A stretch of 64,000 nucleotides of DNA from positions 58,652,001 to 58,716,000 of the forward strand of contig JBITNC010000001.1 in assembly GCA_050084985.1 (NCBI GenBank), given 5' to 3'. The position numbers were made by a program, and so were the translations under genes. Numbering within the stretch: position 1 is the stretch's first letter; each line of letters starts with the position of its first letter. The DNA is from Nageia nagi. Lineage: Eukaryota > Plantae > Pinophyta. The notes under the pieces are model-generated. The model saw nothing but the letters and a program-made list of their open reading frames with translations. It ran no database searches and was not told the origin of the DNA. Below are positions 52,301 through 64,000 of this stretch, in pieces.

Positions 52301-52384
52301 TAGTGAATTTAATAGAGCTTACAATCGTTATGAACAATAGATGGTGTTGAGATATTTTTGAACCTCAATGAATAATATATCACT

Positions 52385-54736
52385 TTTTTATTAATGGCAA
52401 ATTATATTAATAAAAAAAAGTGGGGATTGAGAAGGCTCCGTGCATCTTTACATATAAAAAAATATCAATGTCTAGATATACAAAAGGAGTACTAAATACC
52501 AAGATAAATTGGCACACCAAAGCAAAGCATACACTTATCCCTTTAGGAGCTAACTTTGTTATAAAAAGTAAAGCCATAAATCAAATTATAAATACATTTA
52601 AACTTGTATATAGACATTATAGCAAGTAAATCATAAGAAACCAAAGCTAGGATCTCTTGGGCTCTTCAAAACGATCATCGAACAAAGACCCAATATACCA
52701 AAACTAAGTGTTTTTCTCATATGAAACAAATAAAGAACCTTCAAAAATTAAAAACTACCCTCCTTACCACCTAAATCATGATCATATCCTCATATACCTT
52801 TAACCTGAAGGCTATATTCTCATAATTCTTCTTGTAAAATTGACAATAATATTTTCCCTCCATTAAGGTTGCTAGAGGAGCCTTTGACAGAATAACTTCA
52901 AACTGCTTGCTCATCTCTTCTCTCCTCCTTATTACCTCACATAGCATTTTATTATGCATCACTCTAGATTATGATATTAGGATTAGAATTGCTTTCATCC
53001 CTCTTTTTCTTAATGTCAGAATGCTCAAAGTCTTTACTAGTTGTTCCTTTGCCATGTCTTTCCCCTAGGTTCTAGCTCACTATTATGCTTTTTTAATTTC
53101 CATTGAAATTAAGTTTTACATATCTACTTTAAAATCCTTGGTAGACTGAGATTTATGTTTGAGTCTCCTTGAAAGGCATTTTTTCCATTCCTTTCTTCTT
53201 GTTACTATTAATAAGAGTTTCCTTATGCGATCTTATTCTCTTTTCCACTCCCACCATTTCCTATTTGGCATTTTGGTCTTTAGGATTTGAGGCTCTTTTC
53301 CTATTCTTCTTGTTACCCCACCCCCTTCCAATTTCCAATAGGAGGTCAGTAATTTCCTCAAATTCAATCGATGCATGACTTCTTGGACTAACCTCCCCAT
53401 CTTCTATCCCTACTGCATTCACCTCTACTTCCCTCACCTTTGTCACTTTATCTACATGATTCCTTCTACTAGCAAGAGCCTTTCTCCCTCTTCCCAAGGT
53501 CCTCTAAGGTTGCTTGGTAAAGGCCACCTCATACACCAAATTAATAATTGAATGGTGTAGATGTACACTATTTTCCTTTCCTTTACACTTGTTAGTTGAG
53601 ATTTCCAATGAATGCATAATGAAAAATCAAAAGTTTACTATCTCATCACCTTTGAGCCTAAAATGGTTCAATAATCCAAAGTGATATGTATACATAAGTT
53701 GATTCTAACCTTTAGAATAACATATCACATCAAAGCTTTAACCACCTCATCTCATAGCTTAGGATGGTTAGTGTGTTTGAAACCTGGTCTTGACCTAACA
53801 AAATCCTCTCCTTGTTTCCTAAACTTGAAGATCTCCTCCAACTTTTTGAGCTTATATTCCCTCTTTAATTATTTTCCTACATTTGGCATATGAATAGCCT
53901 TTGTGATAGTCTCATAATTGAACTCAAAGTTTATTGAATTTACCTTACAATGCCCTCGATTCCAACATTAGACCACCTCCAAAGATAAGCTTAAATTGAA
54001 ACCTTTGCAAGCTTCCATGAAATCCTTCTAGCACCCATAACACAATATTTTCCACACCCTTTCATCCTTTCTAACTATGGTGCTATTCAATAAAACAATT
54101 TTAACTAGTCCTCCCCCCATACTCACTATTCTTGGCTACCATTTAGGTCACTATTCAAATGACACCAACCTTGACAATTTTCTAATTAAGGCTTGCAATT
54201 GCAACCCTCCCTTCACTGCATATGATGTGATGTTCCCTTGCATTATCCTACTATATGTACTGTGACTTACAATGCCTAATCCAAGGAATGTTGATTCCTA
54301 TGGATCCACCCCTATACTTTGTTACCATCTCATCCCTCACTTAGTGCTAAATCAATTCACACACTTCACTCACCCCAAGCACATTAACACTCCATAATGG
54401 CTATCATTACCCTATTTCACTACAAAATCTAACTTCCATATTAAGTCTACATGGTATCTATCATTTACAATATGGATTTACATTATTTAATATTATTACC
54501 ATTAGCCCATATGTTTTCCTTTACTCTTAACCAAATTATCTTTAGGATCATCTTAACTTCACTCTCCTTCTGCTAAAAAAATTCTTCTATTATGTTCCTT
54601 CCATATTTGGTAGTGATAATGAGCCTATATAACATTCCTAATTCATATCCCTTTGAATTTTTCATATCAATCCAATTAACTATCATCTCCACTATTGTAT
54701 TGAAGTGTTTTCATCCATACCCCATCCCCTCCACTA
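52385..54736 (-). mobile_element. 5'-truncated L1-type LINE carrying an extra ORF downstream of ORF2
   Basis: 18-bp TSD AATGAATAATATATCACT at 52367-52384 and 54737-54754; short A tail (..AATAAAAAA) at the minus-strand 3' end; TT|AG target site; ORF2 C-terminal motif YQIWKEHNRRIF at ~54577-54612. Confidence 0.85.
52770..54120 (-). pseudogene. Decayed ~450-codon extra ORF (ORF3) of the LINE
   Basis: ATG at 54120: MGGGLVKI..VWKILCYGC*KDFMEACKGFN..ETITKAIHMPNVG..PGFKHTNHPKL*DEVVKALM*YVILKVR/QLMYTYHFGLLNHFR..VNF*FFIMHSL..LHHSIINLVYE; then a basic low-complexity part (ORF 53261-53497) and a helical tail (ORF 52771-52962). Confidence 0.7.
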
Positions 54737-57700
54737 AATGAATAATATATCACTAACTATACAAAGTTTCCAAATATTTGTAATATAAATATTAGCTTTA
54801 GTGATAAGTAGATATTAATAATGATGCCTATGCCTTGGTATTTATGATGTGTAATTTCATGTAATGGCAAGATGATGATAATATACTACTAGTTGGTATT
54901 TGATGATAAGAATAATATGATAAATATTCATAAAGATATTTGGTGATTGAAATAGATTATGGACAAAAGATATGACTTAAACATGATGCAAAATGATAAG
55001 AAGATCATGGCTAGTTTATTGGAAGTCTTGCCAATTACAATACAAGGAAGAATGATAATGTGGATGGTACATAATTAAGATCTTCAATGTAAAGATGCTA
55101 ATGTGGAGATGCAAATTGTTAGTAGGGACATGTAATTTCGATGAATAGTATGAAATGTGGTATTGTGGAGAAGGTGGTACCAATCTAATGGCACTAATGG
55201 GTACTGATTCCAACAATAATGAGTTGGAAAATAATTAATATTTCCCATAAGATGAATCTAAGGAGGCAAATAGAAGTACATAATGGAGAAAAATCCAAAT
55301 TGAATATTGATCATACTCCAAGTGGTAGAAAGTTAGAATATGGAGTTTGATTAGATTTGAATAAGTCCACATGTAAGGAGAAAATCAAGTTTGACTCTAT
55401 ATTTAGTATGGCATCTTTGATGGCTGTAACAACTAATTCTATGGATGAGAAATCACAACTATATGAACAATTATATAATGCATTATATTGTGCATTGATA
55501 AGTGTGTAATACCATATCATGGTATCCTCAAAATTTTCATGAGTCATTCATGATGTGAGCCTCTCTTATTATGAAGAGAGAATGATGCTTGTTGAAACAT
55601 CAAGAATGTATTGTGTGATCCTCTCATGTAAGTCAACTCTCATAACATAGATGGAAGTGTGCGGGTTTGATAAAGCTCTACGAGAACTTATCTATATTGT
55701 TATGTATAACATCTCAAGATTGTTATATTCTAGATGAGAGTTGCAGTTAGTGCACCATGCTTGTACCTAGGATTTAATGGAAATTTAATAGTTTGATCCC
55801 TCTAGAGGTTCTATTTCATAAGGTTGGATTACTTAGGATTTTTTCCCCTTACAATGGAAGATCAATTGTTATGCTTCAAATTGAGTATTGAAGTATCCTT
55901 TTATTTCAAGACTTGTGTTATAAGATATCTAAATGGTTAAATATGGTGATTTTTTGTATATCCTATAAGGTGGTGATTGAAACATTAGTGACTATTGCAC
56001 CCACTATCTTATTGTGGATATGTGGTCTTACATAAATTTGTGGTCATGGGATGGAGGTCTTTTTTATGGTTCTAATATGATCAATTAGAAGCCTTGTTTG
56101 GCCTCATGCTCCACCATTTACCCTCTTTCTAGTATCTATATACCTTTTTATTGCCTTTTTGGCATCTCTTAACTTTTAATTATGCAATGGCATTCCATGC
56201 CTAATGGATAGGGCATCGTCCTAACAAACCAATATGTGAAGCCTTAATCAGGAACATGTCTCTTTTTGTTGGATAACATTCTTAAAAATATTTATCTCTT
56301 TATTTGTGGGATGATAATATTTGTATCCATGGTTTTTATGCTCGAGATAATGGGTTTGCTCTCTTGTTTGTGAGATAGTGTTCGCACATGAATTATCGTT
56401 ATGTATTTCGAAAGATAGTTCTACAAGAAAAAGGTCCCTATTAAGCACCATCCTATTCAAATATCAGAGGTTGGTCTAGGTAAAACCAATCCATACAAGA
56501 ACTTGTTAGTTCATTTAGTCTCCACTAGCACTTCTTGCATTATTCAAATCAACTAGTATACAAATTCAAGCTTTATAGAATTGCAATAGAGGTGATCCAT
56601 AATACAATATAAGATGTAGTTCAGTTAACATTGAATCTGAATAAAACCATCAAATATGACATCCCTAGAAGCCATACCCATCTTATGGATATGTTTTTTA
56701 TAGTCCATAAGATGTATAAGGAGAAAGGAAATTCATAAGAAAAATTGTATGAAAGCCTTTACAATATGATTCATGGGGAGGTTGATGGTGACAAGGATAT
56801 TTACATAGGTTATGCATGGTGTTCAGCTCCATTTTTAAATCAAGTATATATGAGTATTAATAATAAATAAAAATTCTCCAAGTGAAGGAAGAAGGCACAT
56901 ATTCATAGAGGTTTTCGATGTAGGTGATAGGCTCATCGAGGTATAAGAAAGGTCAATAATCTATGATCAGTGGGATCCCCAAATAAACACAAATTCTACA
57001 TGAATTCATTGGTGGTGCATAACATATAGAAGAATCCAGTGAAAGTATCAATGATGATATCAACTAGTGGGAGCCTTTAATGCATATGAATGATGAGAAC
57101 TAAATGGGATGAAGATCATTAAGTCTTGAGGTTGATGATGATTGGGTGGGTCTTTTAGGTGATAGTATTTATGAGCTTAATGAATCCTTTTCTATAATGC
57201 AAGATTGATTCTAGTGATAAATATGATAAAATACAAATCCATGGCTATCATGGCAACTTTGTGAATGTTATCATAGGAAACAAGGAGTATACTATAAACT
57301 CGTATGGATGGAATCAACATCAACTTGAGACACATGGAGATTATATGGAGAGGTCACCACATATATTATTGTTTAGTAGTACCTAATACTCCTTAAATTA
57401 TAATAAGTTCACATTAAGAGGGGTTAACATATTCTTCTCTCATATAGTGTGCACTTGATTTGAAGATGATTTGACTTATAACATGCAATTAAAGGAAGTA
57501 AAAACTTGACCTAGAACCAATAAAGATATCTTGTAAGTAGTGATATACTCTATTGCACTTGGTAGTTATAGTTATTGGTGATCTATGTATTATGATAGGA
57601 TGAGAAGCTTTCCATAAGGATGCTCTTGATAAAAAATGCAAGCTCAAGGATTTGTATGGGTAAAATAAGGACCATACTACACTTAAGATAAATGGATGTA

Positions 57701-58839
57701 TATATCCCCTTTCACAAGATAAAATAAGTGATTGGATGTGTTCATCCCTAATCATAATGATTATGAATAAATGTATGTGTCCCTATTCATAAACTTTATG
57801 TTAAATAGATGTTTTTTTTTCCTATCCATATTTATTTTATAACTTTGTATGGAAGTGTTTTTTCCTATCCTTGGTTCCATGGATAGTATATATGCCCTTA
57901 TCTAGTTGTAGAAGTGGAGTGTTTCCCTGTCAAAGGTCACATGAAGAAGCATAATGAGGTAAGTTCCATTATTTATTATAATGAGTAGATGTGTATGTCC
58001 CTACTCATATATTGTGATTTAATGAACTATTATATCCATTCATAAAGTAGTTATTAATATAATATCCCCATTTAGAGATTGATGTTATCATGGAGGGTAT
58101 TAAGAATAACATTACATCATAGGTAAAATGTTTAAGGTAGTAGTTGTTAATTAATGACTAGTAACTCAAATTATTAATCAATGACTAAATTACATGCTTG
58201 ATCCTCACTCACACATTGGTTCATAAGTGGAAAGGTGGATCCTATCTTTCAAATTTCCCATTCTCAATACATCGAATCTAGAGTGACCTGTTTCTTGGTC
58301 AGTTGATTCAAACATGAGAAACTAAGGTTGGCTCATTCGAATAGAAGTTGTTGATTAAGTGATGATACATTGAAGGGTGAGTAGTAGAGAGTTTCTTCTC
58401 TAGCTATCGCATGGTGGCATGATATTTGAGATGAAAGGAGGTAAGTGTTTAACATCATCATCTATTATCACCATCATCATCATCATCTAGATCAAAATTC
58501 ATATATCTTGGAGGTTGGGAGTCCCTATCAAAGATTTTATATCTTAGAGGTTGGTAACCCTTTAGCTAATTAGGATGGATCCTTTCTACTATGGATCATG
58601 TAAACAACCATGGGAATGGAAGGGAGAGCACTTTGGATTAGTAGATTACTCAAGGATAATTATTAACACTTGGATCAAGGTGGTCTGTCATTAGATAAAG
58701 AGAAAGGAAATGAATGGTGAATGACTCCCCTATTGTATGATGGCATTATCTATCCAACCTTCTAAATGCCTCTCAAAATTAATGTTTCTATCATACCTAT
58801 CCATGTAGGTGCTTCGATGATGGATTATTTTTTGGTAGG

Positions 58840-59365
58840 ATATTGATTCAACAAATTCCCTCACTAAGATATTGATTCAATGAATGCCCTATTAAGTGTT
58901 GATTGAACATGAGCATTGATTGAACAAATGACCCTATAGGCATTGATTGAATGAATACCCTTATAGGAATTGATTGAATGAATTCCCTAGGAGTATTGAT
59001 TGAATGAATACCCCAAGAAATTGATTTAATGAATATCCTTGGAGGAATTGGATTGAATGGAGTCACCCAGGGTATTGATTGAATGAATACCCTTTGAGGC
59101 ATTGATTGAATGAATTCCCTAGGGGTATTGATTGAATGAATGCCCTAGGAAATTTATTGAATGAATATAACCTAGAGGTTTTTCACAAAGTTGCATAGGG
59201 CATTAATTGAATGAATGCCCTTGTAGGCATTGATTGAATGGATTCCCCCCATTGCTAGATCAACAAATATTTCAAATTATTTTAGGGAATTGATTGAATG
59301 AATGTAACATATAGGTGATTTATTCAATGAATGTCCCATACAAGTGATTTATTAAATGAATGCCC
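58840..59365. repeat. Minisatellite, ~18 copies of a 25-28 bp unit ATTGATTGAATGAATNCCC(N)6-8
   Basis: Directly visible periodic core ATTGATTGAATGAAT. Confidence 0.95.
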
Positions 59366-60109
59366 TCAATAGTACATGAAAACCTTATGGTGACCAAAAT
59401 GACTCAAAACATAGTTGTTGCACCTGATATAAGAGTACAAAACCCTAGCCAACAACAATGCAAATCATGTAGGTATGTTCAGAGAGAAACCCTTATTCCT
59501 CCTTAAACTTGTTAATGGTTGGGTTTCCTTGATCATTAAACTTGTTAATGCATGGAGTTCCCCTACTTTTTTCTATGTTTAATAGAAAATATATATGAAC
59601 ACTAGGTAGAATGTCTTTTTTGTTGGGTACTCTCTTACACAATGGTCTTGTTTTGGACACTATGCGACCTTCCTTAACTTTATGTATGGTACCTCCTATG
59701 TACATATTCCCAAAATTACCATAGATATATAAATATAAGAGCATTCACAATGACACCCATATTTTAGCATTGTTAGTTTTGCCAATTATTGGTGACTTTC
59801 ATTTCATATTTCAGTTGTTTTTATTGCTTAGTTGGTTGTAATAAGTTCCTGGAATGATCCAAAATATCTTAATAGTATTTATTTGTTATTTCTTTATGTT
59901 GTAAGGTTAGATTATTGTAAGATGTGTGAGATCAAGTACTTTGGCTACTGGAGTTGTAAAGGAAAGTGTTTAATAGAATGTCTTACCCCATTGAAGCCTA
60001 AATAAAGCATATATTTCAATCCCATTTCAAATTATTTCTTTTAGATCTATGAATGTATGATAGTTTTATGATTGTTTACATTAACTTCATTAAGTACATA
60101 CATATATAG

Positions 60110-60310
60110 GATCATACTATCCAACTTATAAAAATTGCCACTTCCTGCAAAGCTGTCAAGCAAATCCATCTAGTTTCATGGAAATGTTTGGCCATGGAAA
60201 ATGTCATATACCTATTTGCCATTGCTTCCAAGTTAGCTCCAAATTTTCTTAAAGACTTTGGATACACATATAAAATCTCCAAGTTACCAACTACATTCAA
60301 CACATCCCTT
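60110..60310 (+). pseudogene. Possible PLS-PPR N-terminal fragment
   Basis: QLIKIATSCKAVKQIHLVSWKC..SKLAPNFLKDFGYTYKISKLP resembles the first L motif (C.S...LKQIH....K......KL.....D..YA..IF). Confidence 0.4.
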
Positions 60311-60362
60311 CCTTGATCACATTAAAATCATAGAAATTTAGAAAATAGTCTTTGAAATTTAT

Positions 60363-61110
60363 AAAATAGTCTTTGTTTTTATCAAATTCACCTTTACATA
60401 GGAATTTATTAGTTCAAATAATGAATATGCCTCTTTTACAAGTTTTAAAACTTGTTGACAAGTTGCAATACGATAATCACCACATACTCAAAGGGTCTTC
60501 ACAACTCTAATAATGGTTGGAGGGGGAGTCTCTAACAACCTGAATGCAATTGCCAATTTTTTGCTAGATACTAGAAGATAAAGAAAATAATCATTAGCCT
60601 CCATATCATACAACACATGTATTATATTTAGAATATACTATGTTTCCTTCATATCAATTGATAATTTATCCAATTGTCCATAGATATATTGTGTTTATGG
60701 GTGTGGTTTGTCTCCTACAATAAAAGTGTGTACCCTTTTTTCAAATTCAATCCAACTACATCTGGGTATCTTCTTAATTTCTCTATCTTTCAATGATGTC
60801 CTTACTCATAGATCATCACTTCAACATAAATATTTGAAATAAGAACATAAGATGAAGTGTATTTATGTTGCAACAAAAAAAGGATGGTTACCACAAATTC
60901 TACTATTTCTACATTCTTATGTGATTTACAACCAACAAGTAGACACATCCATACTTTTATCTTTTTTATTTCACTTAATAATACAATTTTAGTAACTAAA
61001 AACATTATTTATTTTTAAAACATTTAATAATAGTACTTTTTAGAAAAATGAAATGAAACATGGTTTGCTTTCTACCTAAAAGCATGCACATGTAATTATG
61101 CAATACTTTT
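60363..61110 (-). pseudogene. DYW-class PPR relic, copy 1 (S2 remnant, E1/E2, PG box, DYW)
   Basis: HNYMCMLLGR; VWMCLLVGCKSHKNVE..YVLISNIY; LKDREIKKIPRCSWIEFEKRVHTFIVGDKPHP*TQYIY; SKKLAIAFRLLETPPPTIIRVVKTL*VCGDYR. Confidence 0.9.
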
Positions 61111-61131
61111 TAGATCTTGCATTACTTCGCA

Positions 61132-61425
61132 TCACCAATAATCTCCACAATAACATTCTCAATATTTCAAAATTTGCATCCTTCACAATAATCTTAAAGA
61201 TAAGCTTAGTTGCAGTATGGAAATCATCATATACTCAAAGGTTATTCACAAGTATAATAATTGTTCTAGGTTGAGTCTTTAACTACCAGAATGTAATTGC
61301 TAACTTTTCACTATACTGGCATCACAATAATTCTTTGCCGGTAGCCTCTACAACATGCAACATAAGTATTGTATTTGGAATATAGCCTATTATCTTCATC
61401 TCACTTGATAATTTCTCTAATAAAA
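61132..61425 (-). pseudogene. DYW deaminase domain relic, copy 2
   Basis: LEKLSSEMKIIGYIPNT..LHVVE..KELL*CQYSEKLAITF..LVNNL*VYDDFHTATKLI..IIVKDAN..ECYCGDYW*, with the stop at 61132-61134. Confidence 0.92.
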
Positions 61426-61951
61426 GTTATAATAATGAAAAAATTTAGACTAAATTAGGATCACTTGCAATATTTTACATAATATCATTGTAAGTGTTCA
61501 TATTCAGGTGATAATTGTGAATTTTCTTTGTGAAAATTAGAACTTGATAACTAATAGGAACACATGCTTGATTACTTGTGAATCTCTTATTAATTGTGAT
61601 TTTGATTTCATCATTTATCATGTTTAATATGAAATGGTCTCTACTTCTTTTATCTTCTTCCATATTTAATTAGTACATTATTTCTCTTTATTCTTAGTAG
61701 AAATATTCAAAATGCACATTGTTGTTTGATTTCATCTTAGCATCTTAGGCACATGTTTATAAGAGCATTTGTTGAAACAATACATAGGTGGAAACATAAC
61801 CTTTTATTGATGTTATTTGTGATCTATATATTTACAGTGGACTTCATTGGGCAATGGTTGATATTTTTGCATTTGTTGGCATTTCTATGTTTGTTGTTTA
61901 TGTATTTTTGCAATGAATATATGATGGTTTGATCTTCTTTACTTGTAATAG

Positions 61952-64000
61952 GCCCCTGATCAAAAGAATGTATATGATGAGGAAAGATCATGGCATGTAG
62001 ATAGATTAGCAGGGAACTTGATATATTTTTATGAAATCCTTAGTTTTAGAGTTGTCAGGGATGTCCACTTTTTGAATAAGCCACAGTTTAACCACCATAG
62101 GAATGCATATCACAACTTACCACCTAGTGGAAAATTGCTAAGGAGTAATGCCAAATCCAAATATGATCCTGCCAAATATGCTAGGGTAAGGTGTGATATA
62201 AATAAGGTACTTCAAAGCAATACTAATAATATATATTTTAGAGAGATACATAAAGTGCTAACCAAATACGGGGAAAAGGACTATCATGAACTACCACAAG
62301 AAGCAAAGGATCATATTGAAAAAGAAATAGAAATGTATAACCTACCAAAAAAAAGGAAGATGAGGAATAAAAATGTAATAAATGCATATATATCAAAATT
62401 CATAGTGTTCATACTCTTAGTGCACTCATTATTGTAGACATAGAATCCTAGGTGAACATAATTTTTGTTTCCTCTTTATTAATAATATTGCTTAAATGAT
62501 TGTTTTTTATGTTTTATGTTGCATTTTTGATTGCTATCTTCCATTTTTCCAATGCAAGAACAAGAGGGAAAAAATCAACAAAATAATGAGGAGCAAACCT
62601 TGGAACAAAACCAAGTTGATCAAAGTGATGAAAATATGAAAACTTCACATGAAGATATGCAAATTCCAGATGAAGATATGTAGGACTCGTACCAGTTTTC
62701 TTTGAGTTAGTTTGTGCAATAATAGGTTGATGTTTTAACAAATTGGTTTTTTTATGTTATAATTGATAATTAGCAAATTGTGATCATAATGTTGTGTTAC
62801 CTCTTTATCAATAATGTTGCTTAAATGATTTTTTTTTTTGCATTTTTTTATGTTTTTCTTCACTTTATCCAATGCAAGAACAAGAGAAACTAAATCAACA
62901 AAACAACAATATGCAAATTCCAGACAAATATATGCAAGGTTATTACTAGTTTGCTTTGACTTAGCCTATGCAACAATAGATTGATGTTTTAATGAATTGG
63001 TTTTTTTATGTTATAATTGCTAATTAGAAACTATGACCATAATATTTTGTTTCCTCTTTATTAATAATGTTGCTTAAATGATTATTTTTTATTTTTTTGC
63101 ATTTTTTATGCTTGTCTTCCCTTTCTCCAATGCAGGAACAACTCCATAACAACCAACAACAACCAACAATAGTAGCAAACAACTCCATAACAACCAACAA
63201 CAACCATGTTTCAAGTAATGATTATATATATGTAATAAGGATTTAGAATGAACATTCCTCCATTAAAGGATCAACATGTTTTCACAAGAGACACAACATA
63301 AATGAGTTACTTATAAATTTATGCCTCATTGAAATGTAGGAAAAAGAGGCATCAAATGAAGAGGTATCAGATGAAGAGACATCATATGAAGAAGAACACA
63401 AATAAGAAGATGATGATGTTGGGTCCTTCTAGCTAAAATATTGTGCTAGCAAAGATAGAATTCTAAAACTATATGTAGAGGTTATTCTAGGTTCATTCAA
63501 ATAGTGAAATAAAAAAAATGGTTCGATAAATCCTTGTAGTTGTATAGCAATAGTTATTGTTGATTGGCTACTTAAAAACCCATCCATTGTGCCATAAAAA
63601 ATGCACTTGATAACTTGGTATTAGCTGGAGTAAAAGAGTGGAAAAAATTCTTAGAGAATGAATACCTTAAAAAAAATTATTTTTTGATGGTTGTTTTGAT
63701 CTAAAAATAGTATTATATGCTTGGATACATCCCCTCATTATGAATTAAGAGAATTCCTGTACTGGTATGATTAAGATAAAGGTTGTCAAAGAAAAAATGA
63801 AGCATATTGACTTTATGCAATCACTTGACAATATATGGGAATCAATCAGGAATGGTGATAATGATGTTGTTTACATTATTTGGTGGAACCATCATTTTTT
63901 TTATTCTAAAGGTTTGAAATGATGCATTTTATGTTATTGATACCTTGGGGGATATATTGCATGAATGAGGGGGAAAATCATACATACTGAAATTTGACAA
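61952..64000 (+). pseudogene. Multi-exon TE-like gene ending in a papain-like Cys/His domain related to the C-terminus of At3g11760-family (NT-C2) proteins; runs off the right edge
   Basis: Acceptor at 61950-61951; ORF 62018-62437; duplicated mini-exons; acidic exon at ~63340; then VILGSFK**NKKNGSINPCSCIAIVIVDWL..GVKEWKKFLENE..FDLKIVL..SLDNIWESI..VYIIWWNHHFFILKV..FYVIDTLG, versus recalled family SIDQR..GESACTALV.VIADW..WNDHFF.LKV..YYIIDTLG. Confidence 0.7.
62456..63140 (+). repeat. Three tandem intron+exon duplications (~250-330 bp)
   Basis: CCTCTTTAT(T/C)AATAAT(A/G)TTGCTTAAATGATT...CCAATGCA(A/G)GAACAA, with the first part at ~62471, 62800 and 63053. Confidence 0.88.

Larger units (their letters stand above)
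50935..55791 (+). mobile_element. Heavily decayed LTR element (probably copia), host of the LINE insertion
   Basis: ~490-bp diverged direct repeats at ~50935-51427 and ~55308-55791; CA followed by PBS-like TGGAATAAGAG at 51563; weak gag-like KFVGSNF and SLGEL relics. Confidence 0.5.

Noticed and set aside
55800-58800. LINE RT-like (FPLQWK) and copia RNase H-like (ALWISRLLKD) scraps
   Set aside because: Too short and decayed to delimit.
58840-59365. CRISPR-like array
   Set aside because: Eukaryotic context, linkers only ~10 bp and related to each other, no cas genes.
60112-60303. hAT transposase (ETRW motif) on the minus strand
   Set aside because: No other hAT motifs nearby; the plus-strand PPR-like reading fits better.

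Overview
AT-rich, CpG-depleted plant nuclear DNA, probably a gymnosperm (inferred from PPR motif style, TE families and TE density). One clear host gene lies in a ~9.5 kb TE-free island: an intronless TIR-NB-ARC-TPR (TNP/XTNX-type) gene at 25531-28704 whose conserved last helix is out of frame by 1 bp. The rest is a nest of mobile DNA: two nested Tat-lineage Ty3/gypsy elements with a tRNA-Trp PBS (1-8847); a PMD pseudogene; a decayed chromovirus hosting a young gag-only non-autonomous LTR element (14920-21107, TSD GTATA) and a solo LTR; a truncated copia; a gypsy derivative holding a captured organellar ThrRS fragment and an ~880-bp inverted repeat; a gag-deleted chromovirus (43499-49316, TSD TATTT); a 5'-truncated L1 LINE (18-bp TSD) with an extra ~450-codon ORF downstream of ORF2; and, at the right end, a repeat-flanked multi-exon TE-like gene with a papain-like Cys/His domain and PPR/DYW relics in its putative first intron. 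All alignments and family calls were made by eye and from recall; boundaries of decayed relics are approximate.
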